Shown here: one piece after another, positions 30,786-40,938 of the stretch
Layout: the number at the start of each line of letters is the position of its first letter
Numbering within the stretch: the stretch's first letter is position 1
NCBI GenBank assembly: GCA_947478395.1
Contig: CANJVR010000007.1
Location: forward strand, 1-64,000
DNA from: Opitutia bacterium
Lineage (GTDB): Bacteria; Verrucomicrobiota; Verrucomicrobiia; Opitutales; Opitutaceae
DNA: 64,000 bases
Reading direction: 5' to 3'
Made by a program: the position numbers and the translations under genes
The notes under the pieces: generated by a model
What the model saw: the letters and a program-made list of their open reading frames with translations, nothing else
Database searches by the model: none
What the model was told of the DNA's origin: nothing

Positions 30786-31408
30786 GGCTGGGAGGAAAGG
30801 GTGGCGGGTGGTTGCGGACTTTGAGCGGAAGGGCCGGGGTGGGAGGGGAGGAGCGGGGGCAGCTCGGGGCCGTCGAGCCGGAGGCGGATGAACGAATTGC
30901 GTCCGTCGGGTTCGGCGCGCGTGCCGAGTTCGAGCCGGCCGGTGAGGAGGAGCGGTCCCGGAGTGAGTAGCACCGGCGCGCTGGTCGGGAGCGGCACAAA
31001 CACGCGCACCACCTGCGGGGGCAAATCGTCGCAAGCGCCGTATTCAATTTCGTCGACCTGCGTCGGCTGAGGCGCGAGCAGCAGCACGCCTGGCGTCGGC
31101 AGTGACTGCCGCACCATGAACCCGACGATGCGAACGCGCCGGCCTTCCAGGGCGCGGAGTTTTTCAGAAAGCTCCAGTCCGCGGTCACCGATCGGGCCGA
31201 AAAATTCTGGAAAATCCAAATCGGTCACGCCTTCAGGTAACGCGGGCCGGGGCGGAAGAAACGCGCGCGCATCGCGCCGGAGCAGATCCCATTGGGCGGT
31301 GACGCGTGCCCAGGCGATCTCGGCGGGAGTCGGCGGGGCGTGACGGATGTGGCCGGACGCGGAGGAGGTGATCAACGCGGCCGCGAGAGCGACGAGGACA
31401 AGACGCAT
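30782..31408 (-). CDS. Secreted hypothetical protein, DUF3299-like
   Basis: Signal peptide; LRALEGRRVRIVGFM, LTGRLELG; ATGA overlap with the phosphatase start. Confidence 0.65.
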   Translation of the reverse strand: MRLVLVALAAALITSSASGHIRHAPPTPAEIAWARVTAQWDLLRRDARAFLPPRPALPEGVTDLDFPEFFGPIGDRGLELSEKLRALEGRRVRIVGFMVRQSLPTPGVLLLAPQPTQVDEIEYGACDDLPPQVVRVFVPLPTSAPVLLTPGPLLLTGRLELGTRAEPDGRNSFIRLRLDGPELPPLLPSHPGPSAQSPQPPATLSSQP

Positions 31409-31542
31409 TAACGGACAATACGCCCGGAATGTGGCGTTGCGGCGGAGGAACAGCGACGAGTGCGTGACAACGACTCAGGCGAGCGGGCGGATTTTAACGG
31501 AATAAAGTTTCCTGCCGCCGCGAAGCCAGTTTCCTGCCGGGG

Positions 31543-33561
31543 GTGAGCGCATCTAAGCCAAGTTCAAATCCGGCCAAGCAGGGCGCGGGCCGGCTCTTCA
31601 TCGGCATTGGTTTGGTGGCGATTTCATTCTTGGTTTACGGCGCGAGCCTGCGCGTTCCGCTGCTGTTCGATGACCATCCGGCAATCGAGCGCAACGCGAC
31701 CATCCGTCAGCTTTGGCCACTGACCGACGTGCTTTTACCTCCTACGTCAGGGGCCGGGGCGACCGGCCGTCCGCTGGTGAATCTTTCGCTGGCCCTGAAT
31801 TATGCGTGGGGTGGGTTGGATGTAACGGGGTATCATCTATTCAACGTGTTGGTTCATGCCCTCGCGACCCTTGTGCTCTGGGGGCTGGTCCGGCGAACGC
31901 TGCGGAATTTTGTCCCAGCATACTCCGACGCCAGCCGCGCCGAAGCCATCGCCGCGTGGTCGGCATTGCTTTGGGCGCTGCATCCGCTGAACACGGAGGC
32001 GGTGGTTTGTATCGTCCAGCGCAACGAACTCCTCGCGGGACTTTTCTATCTTCTCACCCTTTATGCTTTCGCTCTTTCCCTGCAGGGGACGTCGCCGAAT
32101 CGATGGCGCGTGGCGGCGTTTGCGGCGTGCCTGGCTGGCGTCCTGAGTAAGGAGGTCGTGGCCACAGCGCCGCTCGTGGTGCTGCTCTATGACCGAACGT
32201 TTGGGGCGGATTCGTGGCGCGAAGTTTGGCGACGGCGGGGACGATTTCACCTCGTACTCGTTGCGACCTGGCTGCCGCTCGCGTGGTTGATGTTCGGGAC
32301 TCATGGCCGGGCCGGAACCGTGGGATTCGGTTTAGGCATGAGTGCGTGGAGTTATCTGCTCACGCAGTGTCGCGCGCTGGTGATTTATCTGAAGCTATCG
32401 GTCTGCCCTTATCCTTTAGTCCTCGATTATGGCGCGGAAGTCGTCTCTGGACCGGGAGAGGTTTGGTCCCAGGCAATTGTGATCATTGGGCTTCTCGGCG
32501 TGACCATCTGGGCGCTTTGGCGGCGTCCGCTTGGGGGATTTCTAGGGGCCGTTTTTTTTCTAATTCTCGCGCCCAGCTCCAGCATCGTACCGCTCACCAC
32601 CCAAACAATCGCTGAGCACCGCATGTATTTACCATTGGCGGCGCTAATGGTGCTGGCCGTTGTGGCGAGTGAGCGTCTGGCCTGGCGCGGCTTCCTGCGC
32701 GGCGCAGTCGCGGTGGGTTTGGGCACTCTGACTTATTTCCGCACTTTGGACTACAGCAGTGAGGCTAAAATTTGGCGAGATACGGTGAACCATGCGCCCG
32801 GCAACGCGCGGGCGCATTCGAGCCTAGGGCATGTGTGGGCACTTGAGAAGCGGTGGAACGAAGCGGCCGAGAGTTACGCAACCGCGGTTCGGCTGCGGCC
32901 TGATTACGCCGATGCCCAAAACGACTACGCCAATGTACTCGCGCAGCTCGGACGCAAGATCGAGGCCCTGGCGCATTATGAAGCGGCGTGGAGGTTAAAA
33001 CCCGACGACCTTGATATTGGTTTCAACTTTGGTCGGGCATTGGTGGCTGAAGGCCGCATGGCCGAAGGCATTGACCGGCTCACTAAAGTCGTGCGCAGCG
33101 ACCCTACTCGGTTCGCGGCGTGGCTTGCCATCGGTGAGGCCAATTCGCTGATCGGCCAAAAAGAGGCCGCGGCCGCGGCCCTAACGCGAGCAGTGCAGCT
33201 GCGTCCTGACGTCGCCGAGCTGCAGTACAATCTCGGCAATGTGGAACTCGAACTCAACCGACTGCCTGCGGCCGTGTCGGCGCTTGCCGAAGCCGTGCGC
33301 TTGCAGCCCACGTGGCCAGCGGCCCGCAACAATCTTGCGCTCGCTTTGGTCCGCGCGGGCCGGCCCGCGGACGCGGTCTCGCACTACGAGGCGGCGCTTC
33401 GGGTGGAGCCAAACAACGCTCAGGTTCATCAGAATTTGGCTTTGGCGCTCGGGCAACTCGGACGGGTGGAGGAAGCGATCGTTCACGACGAGGCGGTGCT
33501 CCGATTGGACCCCGCGAATCGCGAGGCCCGCGATCACCTTTTGCGGCTGCGCCGACGTTGA
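31543..33561 (+). CDS. TMTC-like GT-C membrane protein with C-terminal TPR repeats
   Basis: LFDD, RPLVNLSLALNY, YHLFNVLVH, LHPLNTEAV, SKE, AEHRMYLP, then multiple TPRs. Confidence 0.85.
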   Translation: MSASKPSSNPAKQGAGRLFIGIGLVAISFLVYGASLRVPLLFDDHPAIERNATIRQLWPLTDVLLPPTSGAGATGRPLVNLSLALNYAWGGLDVTGYHLFNVLVHALATLVLWGLVRRTLRNFVPAYSDASRAEAIAAWSALLWALHPLNTEAVVCIVQRNELLAGLFYLLTLYAFALSLQGTSPNRWRVAAFAACLAGVLSKEVVATAPLVVLLYDRTFGADSWREVWRRRGRFHLVLVATWLPLAWLMFGTHGRAGTVGFGLGMSAWSYLLTQCRALVIYLKLSVCPYPLVLDYGAEVVSGPGEVWSQAIVIIGLLGVTIWALWRRPLGGFLGAVFFLILAPSSSIVPLTTQTIAEHRMYLPLAALMVLAVVASERLAWRGFLRGAVAVGLGTLTYFRTLDYSSEAKIWRDTVNHAPGNARAHSSLGHVWALEKRWNEAAESYATAVRLRPDYADAQNDYANVLAQLGRKIEALAHYEAAWRLKPDDLDIGFNFGRALVAEGRMAEGIDRLTKVVRSDPTRFAAWLAIGEANSLIGQKEAAAAALTRAVQLRPDVAELQYNLGNVELELNRLPAAVSALAEAVRLQPTWPAARNNLALALVRAGRPADAVSHYEAALRVEPNNAQVHQNLALALGQLGRVEEAIVHDEAVLRLDPANREARDHLLRLRRR

Positions 33562-33706
33562 GGGGGTAATCTTCCCGGTTGTTGGTAGTGGGAAAAACGG
33601 TCGCCGGTTAGGGAGTTTGCCAAAAACCATTTCGCGGTGATCGCGACGGCGGGCCCCATTTCCGCACTCGGAAATTCGCAACGTAATGGGTGCGCTGCGG
33701 TTGGCC

Positions 33707-33739
33707 AAAAAAAAGCGGCTGCCCGTGAAGGGCAGCCGC
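33707..33739 (-). terminator. Intrinsic terminator
   Basis: GCGGCTGCCC-GTGAA-GGGCAGCCGC stem with A8 on the + strand. Confidence 0.85.
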
Positions 33740-33766
33740 CGAAGGAGTCGGTTTGATGGACTGGAA

Positions 33767-36700
33767 TTAGAACTTGAGGCGCATGCCCATCTGGATCTGC
33801 CAGCGTGACACCGGGGTGTCGTTCGCGACGACCGGGACGCCGTCAAGCGTTCCGCCGTTGAACGTGTAGTTCCACTGTCCCGCACCGCCGTTAGCGGTCG
33901 GGTTCAAGGTGGCACCTGCAACGGCGCGACGATAGGAGAACGGCACTTCTTCGAGCTGACCCCAACCCTTGTGGATCAGACCGCCGAAGTTCAGGAAGTT
34001 CGCGAACAGTTCAGCGCGCAGGGAGCGGAAGAGCGGAATTTGCTGCGTGAGCTTGATGTCGAGGTTCTGCGTCCACGGGGAAGTCTCGCTGTTGCGGGGC
34101 GCGTGCGAGCCCGCGTATTTCATGAGACCATTAGCATCGGCGAACGCGAAGAAGGCGTCGCGCTCTGACGTGACGGCCCACGCCACTTTGGAATCGGTCG
34201 GACCGGTTGGAATATAAAGCAAGTCGTTGAACGCGTAACCGTCGCCGTTGGCGTCGCCGCGGAACACCCAAGAATAGGGGTGACCGGTGCGACTTTGGTA
34301 GATCGCCGCGATCGTCGTCTTGGTGTCCTTCATCTTGAGGAAGTCGAATTCGCGAGCGAGAGTGACGACAAAGCGATCACGGATGTTCGTATTCGAGGTT
34401 GAGGCGATGTCCTCGTTGGGATCGAACACCGCGCGGTTTGAGTAGTTGGAACTCGCGGTCGAGGAGGTGATCGGGCTGACCTCGGTCGCGTGCGCGCGGG
34501 TCCAATCGAAGCCCCACGCCCAGTGGTTCTTCATCGCGCGTTTCAGACCGAGGGTTAGGCCGTTGCTATAACCTTTGTCCGTGTTGGTGAGATATAATAC
34601 ATCGGCGAAGCCGGTACCCACGGGGCCGCCAGTGGTGACGCGGCGACGGCCGTTGACGCTCGTCGACGTGCCGCTCGTGATCGTGCCGTTGTAGTGTTGG
34701 CGACCGTCGGGCATCGTGGTCGCGCCGTTGGCGGCCGTAGACAGAAGATAATTCAAGAACAGCGTGTTAGGCATCTTGTAGTTCTTCGTGTAGTAACCTT
34801 CAACCGTGAGCGTGGCGTCCAGAAACGGCAGGCGATGATCAAGTGCGACGTTGGCCTTCCAGATCGCGGGCTGTTTGAAGTCAGGATCGGTGATATTGAT
34901 GTTCGGTGCAGAGAGCGTGCCGGAGGGCACGGGCTGGTTGTTAACATCAGAACTAAATGCGATGCCGGGCAGCTGAGCGGACGTCGCCGTCACGTTGGCC
35001 ACCGAGCCGGCGTTCGAGTAGGCGTTGGAGATCCAAACGGCTGGGTTCTTACCTTGGAACAGGCCGACACCACCGCGGAGCTGGGTCTTGCGCTCGGTCT
35101 TGAATTGGTAGGTAAATCCGACGCGGGGCGCCGCGGTGCCGTTGCCACTATTCGTGGTATCATTTGCGGTGACGGCCCGACCGCTGTCGGTCGTGAAACC
35201 AGCCGCTGCGAAGCCGCCAGCAGCCGGCGGCTTTTGGGGAACGTAAGGATAGTCATAGCGAACACCTGCGAGCAGGGTGAGCTGCGAATTCGGGTGCCAT
35301 GAATCTTGGATGAATCCGGCGTAGGCATCGTAGCGCCACCGGGCAACGGCATCATTTACGGTGAAACCGGGGTACGGCTTCGCGAGTTGGAACGCGCTTG
35401 GCGGCGTGCCGGCTATCCAGTTGGCGATATTGGCGAAGGTATAGTAACCGTCCGTGTACTGGATGAAGGCATTCACGTATTTCGTGGAAATATCCTCTAC
35501 CCCGAACGTCAAATTGTGGTCACCGAGCGAATATTCGCCGGAAACTTTACCGTTGGTTTCTTTCGACGTGATGGCGTTCAGCTGACGGGAAGATTCTGTC
35601 CCGAAGAAAATCGCGCCGTTCGTGATCGTAGCGCCGGTATCGAGGCGGGTGCCGCCGATCGACTGAACCTGCACTTGAGGAAAGGGTTTGCCGTTGTTTT
35701 GGGGCGACCCGTCGTACTTCGTGTATGAGAGATCAACTTCCGTACGGAAGTCAGGCGTCCACTGACTGAAGAGCTGCGCGGTGTAGCTGTCGGTGTTGCG
35801 GGGTTGGGCGTACCAATAATTGCTCAACGAAGTGTTCGTGGATCCCGTGTAGCTGGGGAATGCGACATCCTGACCGTAAACGCGGCGATACGTGACCGTC
35901 AGACGGTGATTGGCCGAGATATTCCAGTCGATTTTGCCGATCGTAGATTTTTGGGAGGCTAAGTTGTTGGCGGAGAGGTCACCCGTATCGTACCCGAGGG
36001 CCTTGGCGCGCGCGACTACCGCGGCGAGGTCGGTGGCATTCGGAATGAAGTTGGCCTGAGGCGGCGCCGCTTCACGACGGAAGTCTTCGTAGGCGATGAA
36101 GAAGAAGAGTTTGTCCTTGATGATGGGGCCACCGACCGTGGCGCCAAAGGTGCGCTCCTTGAACGTTTCCTTAAGCAAGGTGACGGGATTCTTGTCACGC
36201 CAGTCTTGGTTGGTGTACTCGTAGTAGGCCGAGCCGTGAAAATTGTTAGTGCCGGACTTGATGACGGCGTTGAGATAGGCGCCGGTTGCGCCCGCGCGAC
36301 GGACGTCGTAGGGCGCGAGGTCGACGCTAAAGCTCTGGATTGCATCAAGCGGGATCGGGCTGCGGAGCGACGAAAAGCCGTTGCTGTTCAGGCCGAATGG
36401 GTCGGTCGCTTGCACACCGTCAACCGTGAAAGAATTGAAACGGAAATTTTGGCCTTGAGCGCTGAGCTGACCGCCTTGGTCGAGCGACATCAGAGCGAGG
36501 CGCGAGTCCGTCACTGCAAGGTCCTGAACGTTGCGGCGCACGCTCGCGATGTTGTTGGCGATTTCTTCGTCGGTGAGGTTCGTTCCCGTCCCCATCTTAC
36601 CATTGCCGAAGGTCGTGTCACGGTCGGCTCCGACCGTGAATTTTTCAAGCTGTACGACGTCCGAGTTGAGGCCGAAATTTCTTGTGGTGGAGTCACCGGG

Positions 36701-37030
36701 CTCGATGAAGATCCCCTTCGCGGGTTGAAGCGCGAGGCCGGGGGCCTTGGCGGTGACGGTGTAGGGACCGCCGACGCGCAGATTGGAAAGGTTGTACTGA
36801 CCGTTAGCGCGCGTCGTGGTTGTGGCGACGGTACCCGACGGTTCGTGGAGCGCCGTCACGGTGGTGCCGGCGAGAGGTTTGCCTTGGGCATCAGAGACGG
36901 TGCCGGTGATTTCTGCGGAGGTAAGACCTTGCCCGAATACAGCGGGCGCCAGGGCGAACCCAATAAACAGAAAAGCCGCACGCAGGAAGCGAAGCGGCGC
37001 GACACACTTGGTGGTTAGGATGGTGTTCAT
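33767..37030 (-). CDS. TonB-dependent receptor, Oar-like, with carboxypeptidase-regulatory-like N-domain
   Basis: ITGTVSD..NLRVGGPYTVT, NAVIKSGTNNFHGS, GGPIIKDKLFFF, C-terminal WQIQMGMRLKF. Confidence 0.92.
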   Translation of the reverse strand: MNTILTTKCVAPLRFLRAAFLFIGFALAPAVFGQGLTSAEITGTVSDAQGKPLAGTTVTALHEPSGTVATTTTRANGQYNLSNLRVGGPYTVTAKAPGLALQPAKGIFIEPGDSTTRNFGLNSDVVQLEKFTVGADRDTTFGNGKMGTGTNLTDEEIANNIASVRRNVQDLAVTDSRLALMSLDQGGQLSAQGQNFRFNSFTVDGVQATDPFGLNSNGFSSLRSPIPLDAIQSFSVDLAPYDVRRAGATGAYLNAVIKSGTNNFHGSAYYEYTNQDWRDKNPVTLLKETFKERTFGATVGGPIIKDKLFFFIAYEDFRREAAPPQANFIPNATDLAAVVARAKALGYDTGDLSANNLASQKSTIGKIDWNISANHRLTVTYRRVYGQDVAFPSYTGSTNTSLSNYWYAQPRNTDSYTAQLFSQWTPDFRTEVDLSYTKYDGSPQNNGKPFPQVQVQSIGGTRLDTGATITNGAIFFGTESSRQLNAITSKETNGKVSGEYSLGDHNLTFGVEDISTKYVNAFIQYTDGYYTFANIANWIAGTPPSAFQLAKPYPGFTVNDAVARWRYDAYAGFIQDSWHPNSQLTLLAGVRYDYPYVPQKPPAAGGFAAAGFTTDSGRAVTANDTTNSGNGTAAPRVGFTYQFKTERKTQLRGGVGLFQGKNPAVWISNAYSNAGSVANVTATSAQLPGIAFSSDVNNQPVPSGTLSAPNINITDPDFKQPAIWKANVALDHRLPFLDATLTVEGYYTKNYKMPNTLFLNYLLSTAANGATTMPDGRQHYNGTITSGTSTSVNGRRRVTTGGPVGTGFADVLYLTNTDKGYSNGLTLGLKRAMKNHWAWGFDWTRAHATEVSPITSSTASSNYSNRAVFDPNEDIASTSNTNIRDRFVVTLAREFDFLKMKDTKTTIAAIYQSRTGHPYSWVFRGDANGDGYAFNDLLYIPTGPTDSKVAWAVTSERDAFFAFADANGLMKYAGSHAPRNSETSPWTQNLDIKLTQQIPLFRSLRAELFANFLNFGGLIHKGWGQLEEVPFSYRRAVAGATLNPTANGGAGQWNYTFNGGTLDGVPVVANDTPVSRWQIQMGMRLKF

Positions 37031-37126
37031 AGTTTGATCGAGACTTGAGGACGTAGATTTTTAAGACATGCGATGCATGTCGAGTGCCGAATCCTTGATT
37101 TACCTGAAATTCAGGTGACGAAATCG

Positions 37127-37876
37127 TTATGGCCGCCGGCGGTAGTCGCCGCGGCTAAAATATTTCTCGAGCCAAATGTAGGCGCAGATAAAGAAGTAGC
37201 GGCTACCCATCTCTTTGATCTTCAACTTCGCTTCGCCAAATTTCCGGTTTCGCCATGAGATCGGGGTGAGCGCGAAACTGTACCCGCGGACGATCGCCTT
37301 CAGCGGGATCTCCACTGTCAGATTAAAATGCGGCGCCAGAAACGGACGGCAGCCATTGATGACCGTACGGCGATAGGCCTTGAAGGCGTTGGTGATGTCG
37401 TTGAGCGGAATGTTGAACCCAATCCTAACCAAGAAATTGGCGAGCCGGTTGACGAAAAGTTTGACCCGCGGGTAGTCGTACACGGCGCCGCCTTTGATGA
37501 AGCGGCTCCCAAACGCGCAGTCGTGGCCCTCGTTCAGCAGCCGCCAGTATTTAATCGCATCGGCCGGAGCGTCGGAGGCATCGGCCATCATGATCACGAC
37601 GGCGTCGCCGACCGAATGATCGAGGCCCCACACCACGGCGCGGCCAAAGCCGTGTTGTCCGAGATTTTGCGTGGGCGCCAAAGTGAGGACAGACGCGCGG
37701 AGTTCCTGCAGTACGCTCCACGTGCGATCTTTGCTGCCGTCGTCCACGACCACGATCTCGTGGGGAATCCCCTCCGCTGTGAAAGCGGCGTAGATCGCAG
37801 CGAGGGTGGACGGCAGCGACTCCGCTTCGTCGCGGGCGGGAATGATGACGGAAAAAAGTTTTAACGGCTCAGGCAT
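37127..37876 (-). CDS. GT2 glycosyltransferase, polyprenol-phosphate (DPM1/GtrB-like) type
   Basis: SVIIPARDE, VVDDGSKD, MMADASD, FGSRF, NAFKAYRR; start MPEPLKL. Confidence 0.88.
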   Translation of the reverse strand: MPEPLKLFSVIIPARDEAESLPSTLAAIYAAFTAEGIPHEIVVVDDGSKDRTWSVLQELRASVLTLAPTQNLGQHGFGRAVVWGLDHSVGDAVVIMMADASDAPADAIKYWRLLNEGHDCAFGSRFIKGGAVYDYPRVKLFVNRLANFLVRIGFNIPLNDITNAFKAYRRTVINGCRPFLAPHFNLTVEIPLKAIVRGYSFALTPISWRNRKFGEAKLKIKEMGSRYFFICAYIWLEKYFSRGDYRRRP

Positions 37877-37926
37877 GGAACGTTGGTGAAAGGGCGAAAT
37901 GAGGACGGCTTTATATCGGCGTTGGA

Positions 37927-39000
37927 TTACAGCGGCGCGGAGGTTTCGAGCCAGTTTGGGTGGGCGTGGGCGTGGGCGGCGATTTCGTCGAGTATTTCGT
38001 TCGTCGTCGTTCGCGGCTGCCACGACCACAGGCGCTGCGCGCGGGCGGAATCGAGTACGACCCAAGGCAGGTCAAAGGGTCTCGGGGTGGAATCGCTGGC
38101 GATCGGATGCCGGCCGAATTTTTCGTCGCACCAGGCCGTCAGTTGGCAGAGCGAGCGCGCGGAGGCGGCGCCTCCGGCGACGTTGGCCAGCCGGTCGGCG
38201 GCGGCAAACTTCGGCGCGGAGAATTGCTTGTCCAACAGGGAAACGAGGTCGCGGGGGTGCAGGCAGTCGCGGACTTGATGGCCGTGGCCGCCGAACCCGA
38301 TATATTTTAGCGGGCGGCGCCGCAGATGGGAGTTGAGCCAGTACGAAAAGATTCCTTGGTCGGCGCGGCCAAATTGCCCGGCGCCGGCGAGTACGCCGCA
38401 GCGATTGATCCAGACCGGCAGGCCGAAGGTCTCGCCGTATTCGAGGGCGAGCGCTTCGCTGCCGAGCTTGGTGGCGCCGTAAAGCGATACGGGCGCGGCG
38501 GTGGAAAATTCCTCCGTGATGCCGGCGGGACTCACGCCCAGCGGGTGCTTCGCGGCGGGCGCGGGACGATAGGCGTCAGATTCAACCGTCACCGCGAGAC
38601 TGGCCAGCGGCGGGATTGAATAGACCCGACTGGTGCTCAGCAGGATAAAGCCCGCGCGGTGCCGCTTGCAAAATTCAAGCAGGTTCAGGGTGCCGAAGAG
38701 GTTGTGCTCAACCAGCTGACGCGAGCTGGTCTGGCCGTCGACTCCGGCCAGTACGCTGGGATTGGCCGCGGCGTCGATCACCCAATCCACCGCCGGGAGC
38801 GATTCCAGGTCGCTCGGCGCGCGGAGGTCGGCGTGAAAAATTTTCACCCCCAGCTTTTTCAATTCGTCGCGATTCGTCTCGCTGCCCGGGCGGATGAAAT
38901 TGTCGAAGCCGTACAACGTGTGACCGGCGCCGGTATGCGCGAAGGCCCGGGCGAGCGTGCCGCCTACGAAACCGCAAACGCCGGAGATGAGAATGCGCAT
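37927..39000 (-). CDS. NAD-dependent epimerase/dehydratase (CDP-paratose 2-epimerase-like)
   Basis: ISGVCGFVG, AANPSV, STSRVY, YGATK, GHQVRD. Confidence 0.85.
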   Translation of the reverse strand: MRILISGVCGFVGGTLARAFAHTGAGHTLYGFDNFIRPGSETNRDELKKLGVKIFHADLRAPSDLESLPAVDWVIDAAANPSVLAGVDGQTSSRQLVEHNLFGTLNLLEFCKRHRAGFILLSTSRVYSIPPLASLAVTVESDAYRPAPAAKHPLGVSPAGITEEFSTAAPVSLYGATKLGSEALALEYGETFGLPVWINRCGVLAGAGQFGRADQGIFSYWLNSHLRRRPLKYIGFGGHGHQVRDCLHPRDLVSLLDKQFSAPKFAAADRLANVAGGAASARSLCQLTAWCDEKFGRHPIASDSTPRPFDLPWVVLDSARAQRLWSWQPRTTTNEILDEIAAHAHAHPNWLETSAPL

Positions 39001-39118
39001 CTCAGCAGGTTTGCGGGGAATGGGCCGGTCGGGAAGTGCGTTTTTTGGCCGACCGGACCGAGCGGGTGGGCCGGTTGCACCGCAATGCCGGGTTTGACGC
39101 GGGCGGCACGGCGGCGTT

Positions 39119-39799
39119 GTGTCGGCGTCGATGAGCCAGTTGCGCGCCGATTACAAATCCGTCTGGACCTCGCTTTCGACGTCGAAAGAGGACGCGTTCA
39201 TGGTGGTTTCGGGGTACACCGATGAGGAGCAGTTCCACGCGGACGCCGAGGACACGCTCGATATTTTGCGGGCGACGACCGGGATTCGGCCGGACGATAT
39301 CTTTTTGGAAATCGGCTGCGGCGTTGGGCGTGTCGGGCGCGTGCTCGCGCCGTTTGTGCGCGAATGGATCGGCTGCGACGTTTCGCCGAACATGATCGAG
39401 CTGGCGCGCCGTCGGCTGATCGGCCTCGAAAATACGCGACTGCAGGAAATTTCCGGCTATGACCTCGAACCGATTCCCGATGCCTCGGTGGACGTAGTGT
39501 ATTCGACCGTCGTTTTCATGCACCTCGAAGAGTGGGACCGCTACACCTACGTGTTGGAAGCGATGCGGGTGCTGAAGCCCGGCGGACGTTTTTATTGCGA
39601 CAACGCCGATATCGCATCTGACGCGGGCTGGGCGATGTTCGAGGAAAGTCGGAAAATTTCGCCTAAGGCGCGGCCGCCGCAGATTTCAAAATGTTCGTCG
39701 GTGCCCGAGATCCACGCCTTTCTCAAGCGCGCGGGTTTTGACCAGATCAACGTGGCGACCCGGCCGATGTGGGTCTACGGCTGGGGCACGAAGCCGTAA
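39119..39799 (+). CDS. Class I SAM-dependent methyltransferase
   Basis: LEIGCGVGR, CDVSPNM, SVDVVYS, RVLKPGG. Confidence 0.9.
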   Translation: MSASMSQLRADYKSVWTSLSTSKEDAFMVVSGYTDEEQFHADAEDTLDILRATTGIRPDDIFLEIGCGVGRVGRVLAPFVREWIGCDVSPNMIELARRRLIGLENTRLQEISGYDLEPIPDASVDVVYSTVVFMHLEEWDRYTYVLEAMRVLKPGGRFYCDNADIASDAGWAMFEESRKISPKARPPQISKCSSVPEIHAFLKRAGFDQINVATRPMWVYGWGTKP

Positions 39800-39947
39800 G
39801 GATTGGCTTCGGAATACCCGGAGAATTTTGACTGCTGATGAGATTCGCGATCGGGCGAATCCACGCGCACCCCCTGCGGCTAATCGCCTTCGGCCCCTCG
39901 GCCTGAAGCGGGTGACCCCGGCCACGATTAGTTTAGCCGCTTAAGAC

Positions 39948-40017
39948 GTAGCGGCAGGCGTCCCTGCCTGCCCGACCGAACCCGCCGAACCCGGCAGGCA
40001 GAGACGCCTGCCGCTAC
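39948..40017. repeat. REP doublet (GTAG-type)
   Basis: GTAGCGGCAGGCGTCCCTGCCTGCC...GGCAGGCAGAGACGCCTGCCGCTAC. Confidence 0.85.
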
Positions 40018-40225
40018 CCACAACGGTCATGGAAAAAATTAAACCGCTCTGGTCGCGGTGAATTCCTCCGCCGATGAGGGGACGCGACGCCTTCAATGCG
40101 CAGGCGATCCGTCGAAGCCACCGATCAAAGATTTTCTCCCATCGGTAAAATCCGATTCGCGGTTCACTCCCGGTTCCGGGGTTTCGTTTTTCCGAACCCG
40201 CGCCCAAACGACCCGCCGCGTTGCC

Positions 40226-40822
40226 TCAGGATTTCTTCTTCTCTTCCTCTGCTTTTTTCTGCGCCTCTTCGTAGGCCTTGCGTTGCTGCATTCCGATTTC
40301 CAGCAGGTCACTGACGAGCATCCGGGCTTCGGTTTCCTGATGAGCGATGGAGCCGGGAACGGGCGGTGGCTGGGGCGTGCCTTGCGTCGGGGTGGGCAAG
40401 CGCGCACCGACCGACGCCGGGGCGGGGGTGGCAAAACCGTTGTTCACTGTTCCAGGTGTGGCGCCGGCGTTGGCGACGGCCGAGGAACGCAATGTGAGCA
40501 CACGTTCTTTGCCACCGAGCGAGATCACCGCCTGATCGCGGGCGAGATCGTAGCTCAGGACTTTGATGCCCTCGATCGTCGTCCCGACGGGAATCCAATA
40601 CACGTGTTTATTCTGGGTATCGACGATGCACACCTGCGCCGTCTTGCCGCTGCCGCTTACCCCGGTGAGGGCCAGCATTTCCTTGCCCTCGGACGGGGCG
40701 TCCGTCGAGCCGCCTAAGGGGAGAAAAGGCGATTCCTTCGAAAGAGGTACCTGCGCCGTTACGGACACCGTGAAAACCGCGAGCACAGCGGTGGAAGCGG
40801 CAAGGTGAAAAACGCGGCGCAT
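40226..40822 (-). CDS. Secreted hypothetical protein (GspC/PilP-like beta domain, Pro-rich linker, charged tail)
   Basis: Signal peptide; SPFLP..LALTGV..WIPVGTTIEGIKVLSYD. Confidence 0.55.
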   Translation of the reverse strand: MRRVFHLAASTAVLAVFTVSVTAQVPLSKESPFLPLGGSTDAPSEGKEMLALTGVSGSGKTAQVCIVDTQNKHVYWIPVGTTIEGIKVLSYDLARDQAVISLGGKERVLTLRSSAVANAGATPGTVNNGFATPAPASVGARLPTPTQGTPQPPPVPGSIAHQETEARMLVSDLLEIGMQQRKAYEEAQKKAEEEKKKS

Positions 40823-40938
40823 GACGGGGCGGAAGATCGGGACGGAGCAGCGTGGCGTCAAACGCGGAGACGAGGGAAGCCCGCGTTCTGCGCTTCGTTC
40901 GGAGGGCGTTTTTGCGTTTAAGCCAGCTTGATTTCGCC

